In this document: one piece after another, positions 11,307 to 21,635 of the stretch
Position numbering within the stretch: the first letter of the stretch is position 1
How the letters are laid out: every line of letters starts with the position of its first letter
Virus record (IMG/VR): IMGVR_UViG_3300035506_000303
Strand: one strand, 5' to 3'
Origin: a virus
Length of the DNA: 64,000 nt
The notes under the pieces: generated by a model
Told to the model about the DNA's origin: nothing
Seen by the model: the letters and a program-made list of their open reading frames with translations, nothing else
Database searches by the model: none
Program-made: the position numbers and the translations under genes

Positions 11307-11346
11307 CTATTTTCCTCCTATTCGTAAAAATTCAATGTACTATTTA

Positions 11347-14300
11347 CTAAGAATTCTTAGTTTTCTTTTTAGAAGAAACTACTATGCCAAATCCTATTAC
11401 AACAAGTAATGTAATACCCTCTATAACTGAAATCTGCCAACCTTTCAGTTTAAAAGAAGTAGAATCTAATTCTAATTTCCTTGTTGCTTTAATACTAGAC
11501 TGACCATTTACTGAAGCTCTCGTGGTAATTACAATACTGCTGCCTTGATTGTATTCCCCAGCTTCATTAGAAATATCTACGGTATAAGAATCATCTGCCT
11601 TTAGATTGCTTACACGATGATATCCCTCGTTTCCATCTATATCTATATCATAGTAGTGTACATTGGTTTCATAATCCGTTGCTCTTAGGGTATAACCTGT
11701 TGAAGATGTAATATCCTCATAAATTGTAGCTGTGGTATAACCTGTATTTGCAACTTCTTCGGAGATTTCGGAATAAACATTTGTGAAATCAGATAAAACT
11801 TCCTCTCTAATTGAAGTTATCTTTTCTTGGTCTGTTATTCCGACAATCTCTTCCAGTTTAGAATCTGCCTTGTTAACATAGGTACTCAAATCAGAATCGC
11901 TTAAAGGTAAAAGCTCATAAGCTAAATGTAAATATGTTGAACGGTTGTAATCCGTAGACTCACTCATAGACTTAAAAGCTTCATTTATATATTCAATGCC
12001 TTGGTCTAATACAGAATTATCTAATGTATTAGTAATTTCATCAGCACTTATAGTAACTGTACCCTCAGCAACTAATGTGTTGACTGTATCCTCCGACATA
12101 TCTAATAAATGCTGCCCACTTATCCATGAATCAACAACATTCCCCTCTGAATCTTTTACTTGCAAGCGTGCCCGTGCAACTGCACTATTGTTATCATCAC
12201 TATGCCTTATTCTCTGAATGCTTAATGTTACATCAACATTTTGCAAAGTTCCCCTAAGGTCTGCTGTAATTGAAATAGATTCAGGTGCTACATACCCAGT
12301 ATCTGTTACGTCTGGCTGTATGTTATAACTTTTACCCGCCTTCAAATTATTCGGATGATAAATTTGGCCTGTTGCAAGCCATTCCTCAACAATCTCATTT
12401 GTATCAGCATCAAGTATTTGCATTTTGACACCTTTAATGTCATAACCCAAAGTATCCTTTAAGCTAACACTCATGCACCCATTGCTAACTGTATATTCTA
12501 TGTCTTTTTCTGTTTTTACAGTAAATGTGTAATCAGAAGTGGTAATCAGAGCGGAATCTGTTTTTGTTTGCACAATTGTATATGTTTGTCCAACAGATAA
12601 ATTTGTTGGTAGATATGCTCGTTCAATACCATTTCTGTCGATGATATGTCTTTCCACACTACCATCTTCATTTTCTTTTAAATACTCATAATACAAGCTA
12701 TCTAACCGTTTAATTGTGATTTTATCTAAATCAAGACTACCTGTAACTTGTAATTTAGATTTCTGTGTTTCATCTAATTCAATGATTTTCTGACTTGTAT
12801 TCCATGTATCTATAATTTCATCACCTTGGTAAATTGCAAAAGTTGAATCTGTATTGTTAATACATAAGTTTAAACGAATTTCTGTGATTGTAGCTGTTAA
12901 ATTCACATCTTTATTGTTTACAACAAATGTTTTATCTGCATTTTTTGCATAACCAGCAACAGTATCCAACTCTTTTAAAACATAAGTAACACCTTGCCTC
13001 AGATTTTTAATATTGTGAGTTTCACCGTTTGAATACCACTCGTCCACTAATTCATTAGTTTCTGCATTATATACACCAATATGTGTGCCTTTAAGCTTAT
13101 TCGTATATGTTGCTTTATAATGCACAATGAAAGTTTCTTTTACTTCACCAAGAATATTGCTAGTAATTGTTTTAACATTATTTGTTAATGTAACATAACC
13201 ATCTGGTGCTTTATTTTCAGTAATAACGTAGCTGGTATTTGCCCGAACACCCTCGACTTCTTGCTTGTCTGTTGTACTTGTGAACTCTGTAATTGGTAAT
13301 TTTCCATTGGCTGTTGCCACAGAAATCTCTGCACCTTCAATATAATTTCCTTTACTGTCTACAATCTTTACAACAAGTTCTTCCGAGCCGTTTCTGGAAA
13401 CTTCTTCTGTAACTTCGCCTGCCGTAATATCATAAACTAAGTCATCTATTGACATATAGCTATCTGGTGCTTCTAACTCTACAATTTTAACTTTTCTATT
13501 TCTACTTTCGTAGTCTGCTTTTACTTCCGTAATTTTCTCTTGCAGTTGTTCTTCTGCTCTTTCAATAGCCACTTTACTGCTCTTTGGATAATCTGCATAC
13601 ATTTCCCTAGCATAATCGGGCAGAGCACCAAAATTTGTAACATATTCAATATTGTCCGATTTTATTAGCTGCTCTTTGTCCGGCGTAATGGTATAATCAC
13701 CAGAAATAAAACCGTCTACTAGGGTAGCATCCTTAGTTAAAAGTTTATATTCACCATCTGTACCATTTGCATCACTCACATAAATTGCATATTTACCACC
13801 ATTTAAAAGTTCGCCTGTTGTGCTATCAGTCATTTTTAAATTAAGGCTGAAATTTGCAGTTAAAGAAACACTATCCGCAACTTGCACGGTTTCAATAATC
13901 TTTGTTGTCTCCAAATCCAAAGTAGGCAAATTAATCACACCATCTGTAATTTTATCGGACCATGTTTCTGTGCTTCGCAGATAACCACTAGGTGATTCTT
14001 CTTCAATTAAATGCCATTCACGCTGCTTACTTTTTGCTTCTGCAACTTTTTGGTTTAATTCTGCCTGAAGTTCTTCCTCGGTAATAGTTACAGTATCTGC
14101 GGGCTCACTCTTTGCCATATCTTTGTATTTTGCTTGATTATCCAATGAAATTTTATCGTAATTCGTAATCCATTCTTTTTCGTTATATACGGTTGTAGAT
14201 ACAACTTCTGTTGCTTCAATACTTGTTTTATCTACTGTACCATCCGCTTTTGTTGTAATATCTGCAACTTTTACCCAGTTACCATCTACATTTGTTACAT

Positions 14301-14895
14301 ATAATGCGAATACAGAACCGTCAAGATAGGCAGCAGTATCTGTATCTTTCTTAGTAATATGAATACCATTTGCAGTACCTAAACTGATTTCTTCCGTTTT
14401 ATACTGGCTGCTTTTTTGAATATCAGGCTCTTCATATGAATTTTTTACAACATGATAAATTGTATAATCACCAAAATTTTCAAAGGTTGTTTCTTCAACA
14501 CCATTGATTGTACCATACCAGATAGTATTTTCGTTCTTAACAACGCCGATATGCTTTTTATCTTTACTAATAACAATATCGCCTTGGATTTTATCTAGAG
14601 AATTCTCATAACCCGTACCAAGCAAGGAACTCCATGCTTCTATATCCATTTTAGAATCATCCTCTAATTTTATAAAGGACTTATACACAGCTGTTATAAA
14701 AGAAGACTCCTTTTCATAAGTACCTTTTTGTTCGGAAACCTTTATCGCAACTTCATTTCCGTCCAGATTAAAGCTCACAGAATTTTCATCTTTTGCTTCT
14801 ACTTGAAGTTCAGGTGTCCAACTCGGTGCAACTAAAATACCCACCGTAGCTGCTACTGCTAAACTTGCAGAAAGCAACATCTTTTGTCCAAACAT
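11347..14895 (-). CDS. SpaA/CnaB-repeat surface protein (1182 aa), paralog of 6027..11306, C-terminal TM anchor
   Basis: KKDTDT..LDG, EEESPSGY, ELEAPDSY, ENKAPDGY motifs; shared YLH.A.ELLPLS and HRVSNL motifs; TM followed by KKKTK tail. Confidence 0.8.
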   Translation of the reverse strand: MFGQKMLLSASLAVAATVGILVAPSWTPELQVEAKDENSVSFNLDGNEVAIKVSEQKGTYEKESSFITAVYKSFIKLEDDSKMDIEAWSSLLGTGYENSLDKIQGDIVISKDKKHIGVVKNENTIWYGTINGVEETTFENFGDYTIYHVVKNSYEEPDIQKSSQYKTEEISLGTANGIHITKKDTDTAAYLDGSVFALYVTNVDGNWVKVADITTKADGTVDKTSIEATEVVSTTVYNEKEWITNYDKISLDNQAKYKDMAKSEPADTVTITEEELQAELNQKVAEAKSKQREWHLIEEESPSGYLRSTETWSDKITDGVINLPTLDLETTKIIETVQVADSVSLTANFSLNLKMTDSTTGELLNGGKYAIYVSDANGTDGEYKLLTKDATLVDGFISGDYTITPDKEQLIKSDNIEYVTNFGALPDYAREMYADYPKSSKVAIERAEEQLQEKITEVKADYESRNRKVKIVELEAPDSYMSIDDLVYDITAGEVTEEVSRNGSEELVVKIVDSKGNYIEGAEISVATANGKLPITEFTSTTDKQEVEGVRANTSYVITENKAPDGYVTLTNNVKTITSNILGEVKETFIVHYKATYTNKLKGTHIGVYNAETNELVDEWYSNGETHNIKNLRQGVTYVLKELDTVAGYAKNADKTFVVNNKDVNLTATITEIRLNLCINNTDSTFAIYQGDEIIDTWNTSQKIIELDETQKSKLQVTGSLDLDKITIKRLDSLYYEYLKENEDGSVERHIIDRNGIERAYLPTNLSVGQTYTIVQTKTDSALITTSDYTFTVKTEKDIEYTVSNGCMSVSLKDTLGYDIKGVKMQILDADTNEIVEEWLATGQIYHPNNLKAGKSYNIQPDVTDTGYVAPESISITADLRGTLQNVDVTLSIQRIRHSDDNNSAVARARLQVKDSEGNVVDSWISGQHLLDMSEDTVNTLVAEGTVTISADEITNTLDNSVLDQGIEYINEAFKSMSESTDYNRSTYLHLAYELLPLSDSDLSTYVNKADSKLEEIVGITDQEKITSIREEVLSDFTNVYSEISEEVANTGYTTATIYEDITSSTGYTLRATDYETNVHYYDIDIDGNEGYHRVSNLKADDSYTVDISNEAGEYNQGSSIVITTRASVNGQSSIKATRKLELDSTSFKLKGWQISVIEGITLLVVIGFGIVVSSKKKTKNS

Positions 14896-15006
14896 TCTAT
14901 CCTCCTAATCACACATTTAGCCACAAAACTATTTTATTTGTATACTTCTATACAAATCACATTTAATATTTATATCATTTTTGTAAGTTTCAAGATATTG
15001 GCACAT

Positions 15007-15038
15007 AAAAAAGTCAGCCTATATGTTTAGGCTGACTT
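15007..15038 (-). terminator. Intrinsic terminator
   Basis: AAGTCAGCCTA-loop-TAGGCTGACTT perfect stem with T-run on the minus strand. Confidence 0.8.
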
Positions 15039-15045
15039 GTATATG

Positions 15046-16224
15046 TTAAAAATCTATGTCATCCATAGTAATATTGATAATACTACTTGATTTAATATCT
15101 TCCCCGCAGGTATTTTTATAGTTAGGAAATAAAGATGTATTATCAAGCATCATTTTAGCCAGATATTTTTTGAACTCAGTACTTTCTTTATCTGCATAAG
15201 TAGATGCCCAAACATCTAAATTTTCCAAATTGTCGGTGTAAGAACTTTTTTGAATAATACTCAGTATTTGTTGCTTATTCTGTGGGTACTCACTCAAATA
15301 ATTGTAAAACCGAGTTGTTACCATATCTAATTTTACGTCTACAACAGACAAATCAGGCTGCACACCATATTCAATATGCGTGATACGTGCAAGATTCACA
15401 GACCTTGTTGGGTCATCATACCTTGAGCCACCAACCTCTGGTAAACGAATATACCCTCGTGGTAAGGTAACACAATCAACTAATTTGCCTGAATACATTT
15501 GCTCAAAAGCTTCTCTTGACCATTTTGTCTTAGGCTTTTTCTGCGGATGTCCATAAATAGAAATAATCAAATCTTTGTTCAGTGTTGATGTTAAACTACG
15601 TACTTGACCATTATCTTTTACATAGGTGAATTTCACATATTCTGTATTGAGATGCTCAACCAATGTTTTTACGGCAGCACTTAGCATAAATACAGGAATG
15701 ATATTCATATTTGCAATATTCAAATCAAGCTGTTTTCTAGGCTTTGTTATTTTTGGTGTGCCATCTTTCCCGTATTTCAGTTCAATATACGGAATTGAAT
15801 CTTTTTCAGGTTCTTGTTCAAGAATTTTCTTACATTTCTTGTAATCATTTTCTTCAAGGCAGCCCATCCAAGCTTTGACAAGACTTAAATCGCCTGTAAC
15901 AAGCTTCTTTTGGTACATAGCCCCCTTTTTAGAATAAGCAGATGTAGAATATTCAATATAACATAAGTAATGCTTCAACAAGTATTTCTTAGCTACAATA
16001 TGCATATCCTCTGACATATCTGTTTCATGTAAAACTTCCAAAAGCGATAAACCGGATTTACCCACAAGATTAAATAAATTTTTCTGTGAACCAGTTTCTT
16101 TCCCAGAAAGAATAGGCCAATAACCAAGCTCAACATATTTTTTTGTCTGCTTTGTAATTAATTTCCTGAAGTCATTTCGCAAGCCATATTCATCTTTATG
16201 ACAATCTGTTGTAAATAAACCCAT
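15046..16224 (-). CDS. WYL_2/DUF2693-like SH3 beta-barrel protein (392 aa)
   Basis: VKFTYVKDNGQVRSLTSTLN...RSVNLARI matches the F.Y.K.dG..R....TL pattern of this phage-associated family. Confidence 0.6.
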   Translation of the reverse strand: MGLFTTDCHKDEYGLRNDFRKLITKQTKKYVELGYWPILSGKETGSQKNLFNLVGKSGLSLLEVLHETDMSEDMHIVAKKYLLKHYLCYIEYSTSAYSKKGAMYQKKLVTGDLSLVKAWMGCLEENDYKKCKKILEQEPEKDSIPYIELKYGKDGTPKITKPRKQLDLNIANMNIIPVFMLSAAVKTLVEHLNTEYVKFTYVKDNGQVRSLTSTLNKDLIISIYGHPQKKPKTKWSREAFEQMYSGKLVDCVTLPRGYIRLPEVGGSRYDDPTRSVNLARITHIEYGVQPDLSVVDVKLDMVTTRFYNYLSEYPQNKQQILSIIQKSSYTDNLENLDVWASTYADKESTEFKKYLAKMMLDNTSLFPNYKNTCGEDIKSSSIINITMDDIDF

Positions 16225-16271
16225 AATTCACATTTCCTTTCTTACAGAAGCAACATGGTAATACTACAAAA

Positions 16272-16901
16272 TCACTGTGGCAAACATCTTTGGTAATAAT
16301 ACACTTCTTTATGAATACCCGCATAAGTAATTAAATCATAAAGTTGTTCAATACTTTCTTTAATTTTCTTACATGAGGCAGCTTTCAAATCTACACGGCG
16401 AAGATAAAGCAGAACAATATCACTTGCTAAATCATCTGTATACTTAGGGTCTGCCTCATAAGAAACAGGCTCGTACAAATCATACATAGTTCCACTTTCT
16501 ATAATACAATCTCTATCGCCTTCCAATAATTTTTGGAAATTAATACCTACTCGTAAGTCAAGTATCAGGTTATTTCCTTCTTTGAATTCACTGTAAAACA
16601 CATCTTTCGCCCGAATATAACTTGCTACAAGTTCTTGTCTTGCTTCTTCTGTATCTTCGGTACATCTTTGGTCCACACGTTCACTCAAAGGAATAAATCT
16701 TCCACCAATATATAGATTGGGTATTTGCAGTTCCTCACCATCAAATCCCGCTACAATTTCAATATAGCCTAAGCCTTGATAATTGCCTGCACCCGCTTCC
16801 CGAGGGTATATCTTATACTCCTCTTTATAAGCATAACTACCTTCATTTGGATATTCAGCCCTACGAAGTTCTATCTGTGAATTTTTATTTGCTATAATCA
16901 T
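16272..16901 (-). CDS. Hypothetical protein (209 aa)
   Basis: ORF coupled (ATGA overlap) to the upstream gene. Confidence 0.75.
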   Translation of the reverse strand: MIIANKNSQIELRRAEYPNEGSYAYKEEYKIYPREAGAGNYQGLGYIEIVAGFDGEELQIPNLYIGGRFIPLSERVDQRCTEDTEEARQELVASYIRAKDVFYSEFKEGNNLILDLRVGINFQKLLEGDRDCIIESGTMYDLYEPVSYEADPKYTDDLASDIVLLYLRRVDLKAASCKKIKESIEQLYDLITYAGIHKEVYYYQRCLPQ

Positions 16902-18346
16902 GTTGCTGAATTCACCCTTTCTTCTAAGTCAGCTAACACCTTTAATGCAACTTTCTCGAAGAAATCTGTGTTCATCGTTGCTTTCTTCACTGTTGTATAC
17001 ATCATACCTGTATCTCGTTTAAAATACAAGTTTATAAGTCGCTTTTCCATTTCTGTGTAATGATATTGTGGAGTCCAGCTTGTAATACTCAGCGGGTCAA
17101 ACTCCAATTTAGCATGCAAGTCAGTAAAAATTGTACTATTTACACTTCTAAATTCTGTATTCTCATAATCTATATACGCTTGCAGCTTATATTCTTCATT
17201 AAATAGAAAAATAGGGCATCCTACATATTCTATTTCATTTTCATCAAGATATGCTTGCGGATAAACTTGTCCTGTATACCCAAGAAATGCATTCAAATCA
17301 GGCAAAGCTTTTTCTTCAAAATCGCCACTCAAGGCAGCTGGACTATATATTCTACTTAATACCGCAATATCTGTTTCTTCTGGTAAATGATATAAGCCTT
17401 GGCTTACTAGTGCATACTGTCCAATAGGAATAACAAGTTCCGCATTTTCTTTTGTGTAGAAGCCATGTTCGGAGATTGCCACTATCTTATCTCCGAATTT
17501 TTCTATCATTTTTTCTTGTGCTGCCAAAATTTCCGGCTGCTTGTTAATGTAAATCCAATTATATAAACCAACTCTATCTAAACCAAAGCAATCTTCTTCT
17601 TGCATTTGCTTTTTAATCCATTCTGTTAAAATTGGGCCATCTTTACCATCTAAAGTATATTTTCCGTTTAAAATACCTTTTAAATTGTCAATGGTTTGCT
17701 GCTTTGTAAAGCCTTTAACAAACTCACCCTCTACACCGAGTTCCTCTAAAGCTAAATCATAAATAATATTGTCAAATGGCTGCAAATTATAATTATAACA
17801 AAAGCCCATCAATACCCTTAACGAACCTTCGTCTAACAGCCAAGTATGTTCTGTACCAAATTTCCCATTTATTCTTGTTATTTTCAATGGTATTCTTTTT
17901 CGTTCACCAAGTTTTGCACCAATACCATCATACATAACATCAATATTATAGGCAATTTCACGATAATACATTGCCTGTATAAGCAAACTCAAAAAAGTTG
18001 TAACATCTGTATCATCACCATTGGATACACACCAATCCTTTACAAAACGAATATTGTCAATATTTAGTGGTCCAATAATTGGCAGCCCATACTCTTCAAA
18101 TAACTTTTTGATTTCAGCTGGGTTTAACCATGTAGGGTCAGCAATATAATTTGCGTCATAGAGTTCTACAAGCATCATACGATATAAACCTAAATAATAC
18201 CGCTTGACATTCCTGATTGTTTCTACATTGTAGGTATACTTAGGCTTATTTAGCTTTTGAATAAGTTCCTCCATCATAACATATTTTCCCTCCCTATTAT
18301 GTATTTTAAAAGAGGTAGTGTTTGATTCCTTTACTATATCTTCCAC
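16898..18346 (-). CDS. Hypothetical protein, possibly a catalytically degenerate family A DNA polymerase homolog
   Basis: NPAEIKKLFEEYGLP, YREIAYNIDVMYDGI, KRIPLKITRINGKF echo PolA thumb/palm motifs in order; catalytic motifs A and C not conserved. Confidence 0.4.
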   Translation of the reverse strand: MEDIVKESNTTSFKIHNREGKYVMMEELIQKLNKPKYTYNVETIRNVKRYYLGLYRMMLVELYDANYIADPTWLNPAEIKKLFEEYGLPIIGPLNIDNIRFVKDWCVSNGDDTDVTTFLSLLIQAMYYREIAYNIDVMYDGIGAKLGERKRIPLKITRINGKFGTEHTWLLDEGSLRVLMGFCYNYNLQPFDNIIYDLALEELGVEGEFVKGFTKQQTIDNLKGILNGKYTLDGKDGPILTEWIKKQMQEEDCFGLDRVGLYNWIYINKQPEILAAQEKMIEKFGDKIVAISEHGFYTKENAELVIPIGQYALVSQGLYHLPEETDIAVLSRIYSPAALSGDFEEKALPDLNAFLGYTGQVYPQAYLDENEIEYVGCPIFLFNEEYKLQAYIDYENTEFRSVNSTIFTDLHAKLEFDPLSITSWTPQYHYTEMEKRLINLYFKRDTGMMYTTVKKATMNTDFFEKVALKVLADLEERVNSAT

Positions 18347-18375
18347 TACCTCTATATTATACCGTTAAATAAAAC

Positions 18376-18624
18376 TTATTTCAAAAAAACTCCGTGCTTC
18401 TCCATTAGGCGAGCCATAGCTGGCTCAACATAGGAAATGTTGGAATTGCCTTGAATTAAGTCTTTTGGTTCGCATTTTAAATGTTCTGCTAAAGTATGCA
18501 GCTCTGCATTGGTTAAATCATGTTTTAAATTTAGAATATGAGCAACAAACTTGATATCCTCCTCAGACAGTTTCTTCCCTGATGTTAGAACATTTACCCA
18601 GACGATTGTATTTGTGTCTATCAT
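18376..18624 (-). CDS. Small Cro/CI (XRE)-like helix-turn-helix protein
   Basis: LTNAELHTLAEHLKCEPKDLI resembles the C-terminal helices of XRE-family HTH domains. Confidence 0.5.
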   Translation of the reverse strand: MIDTNTIVWVNVLTSGKKLSEEDIKFVAHILNLKHDLTNAELHTLAEHLKCEPKDLIQGNSNISYVEPAMARLMEKHGVFLK

Positions 18625-19109
18625 GCCGCTTTCTCCACGGTCATCACAATAGTACCGACCAAATCTTCGTCTGTAAATACACCTTCTACACGAGAATCAT
18701 GACTAACAAGCCTGTTATCACCCATCAAAAAGTATTCTCCCTCATTTAAAGTAAGCTCTGTATCTTGAATCAAGCCACCGTCATAATACCCATCAGAAAG
18801 GTATTCCTCATTCAACAATTCACCGTTCAAGTATACTTGACTGTCTTTAATTTCAATTGTATCGCCTGCTGTTGCAATAACTCTTTTTACAATATATGAA
18901 TCATTCAGTTTGAAAATTGCTGTATCGCCATCTTTTGGTTTTAAACCCTCTTTAAAAAGAGTAATATCTTTCTCATAATAAGTTGGTTCCATACTTTTAC
19001 CTTTAATAACGGCCTCTGTTAAACCATACTTATCATATAAATGGTAGCCAACAAGCATACCTACAATGAATATAAAGCATAAAAGCTTCTTTATTTTCAC
19101 TATTTTCAA
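18621..19109 (-). CDS. lepB: Signal peptidase I
   Basis: Single N-terminal TM; GKSMEPT (catalytic Ser), YIVKRVIA (catalytic Lys), GDNR..SHDSR. Confidence 0.95.
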   Translation of the reverse strand: MKIVKIKKLLCFIFIVGMLVGYHLYDKYGLTEAVIKGKSMEPTYYEKDITLFKEGLKPKDGDTAIFKLNDSYIVKRVIATAGDTIEIKDSQVYLNGELLNEEYLSDGYYDGGLIQDTELTLNEGEYFLMGDNRLVSHDSRVEGVFTDEDLVGTIVMTVEKAA

Positions 19110-19151
19110 AACAATCCCCCAAAATTTAGCCTATCTTAAAAAACAAGCAGG

Positions 19152-20030
19152 CTATTCATCTAAGTCAAACTCATCTTCTTCCACACAATCCGTATGAGTT
19201 CCTTTGTAATCATCTATATTATAACCATACTTAGTATCTTCAACAATTAAATTATAATCGCAGTCATACCCTTTCATGGCGTAATCAGAAATGTTCCCAA
19301 TAATTTTTTCTTGTATCCAATAATTCTCAATGGTCAATATCTTATTTTCCAAATCATCTTTAAATAAAGCATGAACGTCATCCCCGTAACATGTATATAA
19401 TACTACGGTACTTTTGTTTACATAGCTCATATTTGCCTTATATGGAATTAGGTATAAAAATACTAAACCATAATGCCATGTATGATATGGAATACCCTGA
19501 TAGCATTTCATACTACCGCTCTTTGAAATGCACAATGCCAGCTGGTCTATCTGAAATACATATTCCTTTGGAACAGTATAATAATACGTTCTGTTACCTT
19601 CTTCATCATCCTCAAAATCAATATAGGTAAACCTGTTATCAGTGGCTTTAAAACCAAATGGTAAATTCAAACTTTTATTTGTACAGACAAAAACTGTTCC
19701 TTTTGGTTTCTTTGCTGTTTCATAAATAACGTCACCATATCTATCCCTTCTGAAATCATGATTCAGTACACTATATGTTCTGGCACGTAATTTTTTTCCT
19801 TTTGGTAACTGCCAAACAACTGTATCATTCAAAGTATTGTAATATTGCACCTTATCAGGAATATTTTTCACAATATAGATTTCCTTGCCTGAAACATGCC
19901 AATTTTCCACCTCATTAGGCAGTGGTATGGTTTGTACATCACCGCCATGCCCGCCAGATTTGATTAAATCTTTTACTTCTTTCTCAAAAATTCCGTCTAA
20001 CTCTGCTGATTTATTAGCCATAGCAGACAA
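19152..20030 (-). CDS. Hypothetical protein (292 aa)
   Basis: Long ORF with acidic C-terminus; no motif recognised. Confidence 0.75.
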   Translation of the reverse strand: MSAMANKSAELDGIFEKEVKDLIKSGGHGGDVQTIPLPNEVENWHVSGKEIYIVKNIPDKVQYYNTLNDTVVWQLPKGKKLRARTYSVLNHDFRRDRYGDVIYETAKKPKGTVFVCTNKSLNLPFGFKATDNRFTYIDFEDDEEGNRTYYYTVPKEYVFQIDQLALCISKSGSMKCYQGIPYHTWHYGLVFLYLIPYKANMSYVNKSTVVLYTCYGDDVHALFKDDLENKILTIENYWIQEKIIGNISDYAMKGYDCDYNLIVEDTKYGYNIDDYKGTHTDCVEEDEFDLDE

Positions 20031-20093
20031 CCCCTTTCACTTTCTATTATACTTACTTTATTACAAATTCTTGTTAAAACAGAGGGTGCTGTA

Positions 20094-21623
20094 TTAATCA
20101 GCACCCTCTGTTGTTGTGTCATCTCCGCTTGCTTCTGGTGCTAAGATAGCATTAATCTTGCTCTGAACTTCTTTCAACTCTTCTTTTCTTGCATTGATTG
20201 CATCTTTATTAGACGTTGCATCTGTACTCAAAGAATCAATTTCTTTTACTAATGCCTGCTTATCACTAATATAAGATACAACATTTATTAAAGCTTCCTT
20301 GTTTGGTGTATGGGTAACTTTATCTTCAATTGTTGAAATATATGTTGTAGGGTCTACGTCTGTGCTGCCGCTTACACCTACAAGTTCTTGTACCAAATTC
20401 TGCAAACTTCTCCAATCTTCTGTCAAGATACTAATCTTGCTAGAAATTGTAACTGCTAAACCCGGAATGGCATACCCGTTTACAGATGTGCGTAATGTTC
20501 CTAACTTAGTTTCAAAATCTGTATCCATTAAATCATAATCATCTGAGAACATGGTATCTAATGTGTTCGTATCTTCAATATACTGCTGAATTGTTTCCAA
20601 TTCCTTCTGCAAACCTTCTTTTTCACTGGAAGTTTCATCTAAATTCTCCAAAATAGCCTGCAAAGAAGCAATATCATCTACAGTAACATCTTCTTTAATA
20701 TCCACTTTGGTATCATCTGTATACAAATCCGCTACACTTTCACGAACAGAATCTACACTTTGTCCCCTTCTAAGAACAAATTCATTGATATAAGGGCTGG
20801 CATACGGGTACACAACCACGCCAACAACAGCAATTACAACCGCTGCAACTGCAAAAAATACCCTGTGCAAGATTTTCTTATTCTTCTTTCGAGCCTGTCT
20901 ATCTTTGTACGGTGTATTTCTGTCAACTAATAACTGGCTATCTTTCAGTCTATCAGGTGCAACTGTTGGTGTATCCAATTCCACTTTTGCATCAAACTGA
21001 TTTATCAAATTCTGTTGCTCACGGTTCACACGTTCGTCTAAATTATCATAAACGTTATCCCCCGCTTGCAAATTGTTCACATGCACTTGGTTCTGATTGG
21101 AATTTCTGTCCGAATAATTATTCTGCTGCTGATTTCTTTGGCGAATTTCTTCCTTTTCTCGTCTATCACGTTCTCGATAAGACTCCTGTTCTTGCTGATA
21201 ATCATATTGATTTTGTTGATACATATCATTTCTCTGGCTAGAATTTCGCTGATTTCTGTCTTGATAGCCTGAATTCTGTTGCCTGTCATTATAATTGTTC
21301 TGCTGCCAATTATCAGACTGATTCTGTTGCCTGTCATTATAATTGTTCTGCTGCCAATTATCGGACTGATTCTGCTGTCTGTCATTGTAATTGTTCTGCT
21401 GTCTGTCATTATAATTGTTTTGTGACCCGTCATTATAATAATTCTGTTGCCGATTATCATACTGATTTTGTACACTACTGCTTTGCGAATTGTTCTGTGA
21501 ATACTGTTGTTTATTGTAATTAGCACCATTACCCCTGTTATTGTTTGGTGTAGATGATGGCTGACGGTCTGTTGTAGTCAGCATACCACTTTTCTTATCG
21601 CTTGAACCTCTACTAGTCCTCAT
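20094..21623 (-). CDS. Bitopic membrane protein with N/Q-rich repetitive cytoplasmic region and helical extracellular domain (loosely MapZ-like)
   Basis: QQNNYNDR repeats; RKKNKK followed by hydrophobic TM; VADLYTDDTK..I helical region. Confidence 0.7.
   Translation of the reverse strand: MRTSRGSSDKKSGMLTTTDRQPSSTPNNNRGNGANYNKQQYSQNNSQSSSVQNQYDNRQQNYYNDGSQNNYNDRQQNNYNDRQQNQSDNWQQNNYNDRQQNQSDNWQQNNYNDRQQNSGYQDRNQRNSSQRNDMYQQNQYDYQQEQESYRERDRREKEEIRQRNQQQNNYSDRNSNQNQVHVNNLQAGDNVYDNLDERVNREQQNLINQFDAKVELDTPTVAPDRLKDSQLLVDRNTPYKDRQARKKNKKILHRVFFAVAAVVIAVVGVVVYPYASPYINEFVLRRGQSVDSVRESVADLYTDDTKVDIKEDVTVDDIASLQAILENLDETSSEKEGLQKELETIQQYIEDTNTLDTMFSDDYDLMDTDFETKLGTLRTSVNGYAIPGLAVTISSKISILTEDWRSLQNLVQELVGVSGSTDVDPTTYISTIEDKVTHTPNKEALINVVSYISDKQALVKEIDSLSTDATSNKDAINARKEELKEVQSKINAILAPEASGDDTTTEGAD
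21273..21450. repeat. Coding tandem repeat (48-bp unit built on 24-bp subunits) encoding QQNNYNDRQQNQSDNW
   Basis: ATTCTG(T/C)TG recurs at 21273, 21321 and 21369. Confidence 0.85.
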
Positions 21624-21635
21624 TTCCCAACCTCA

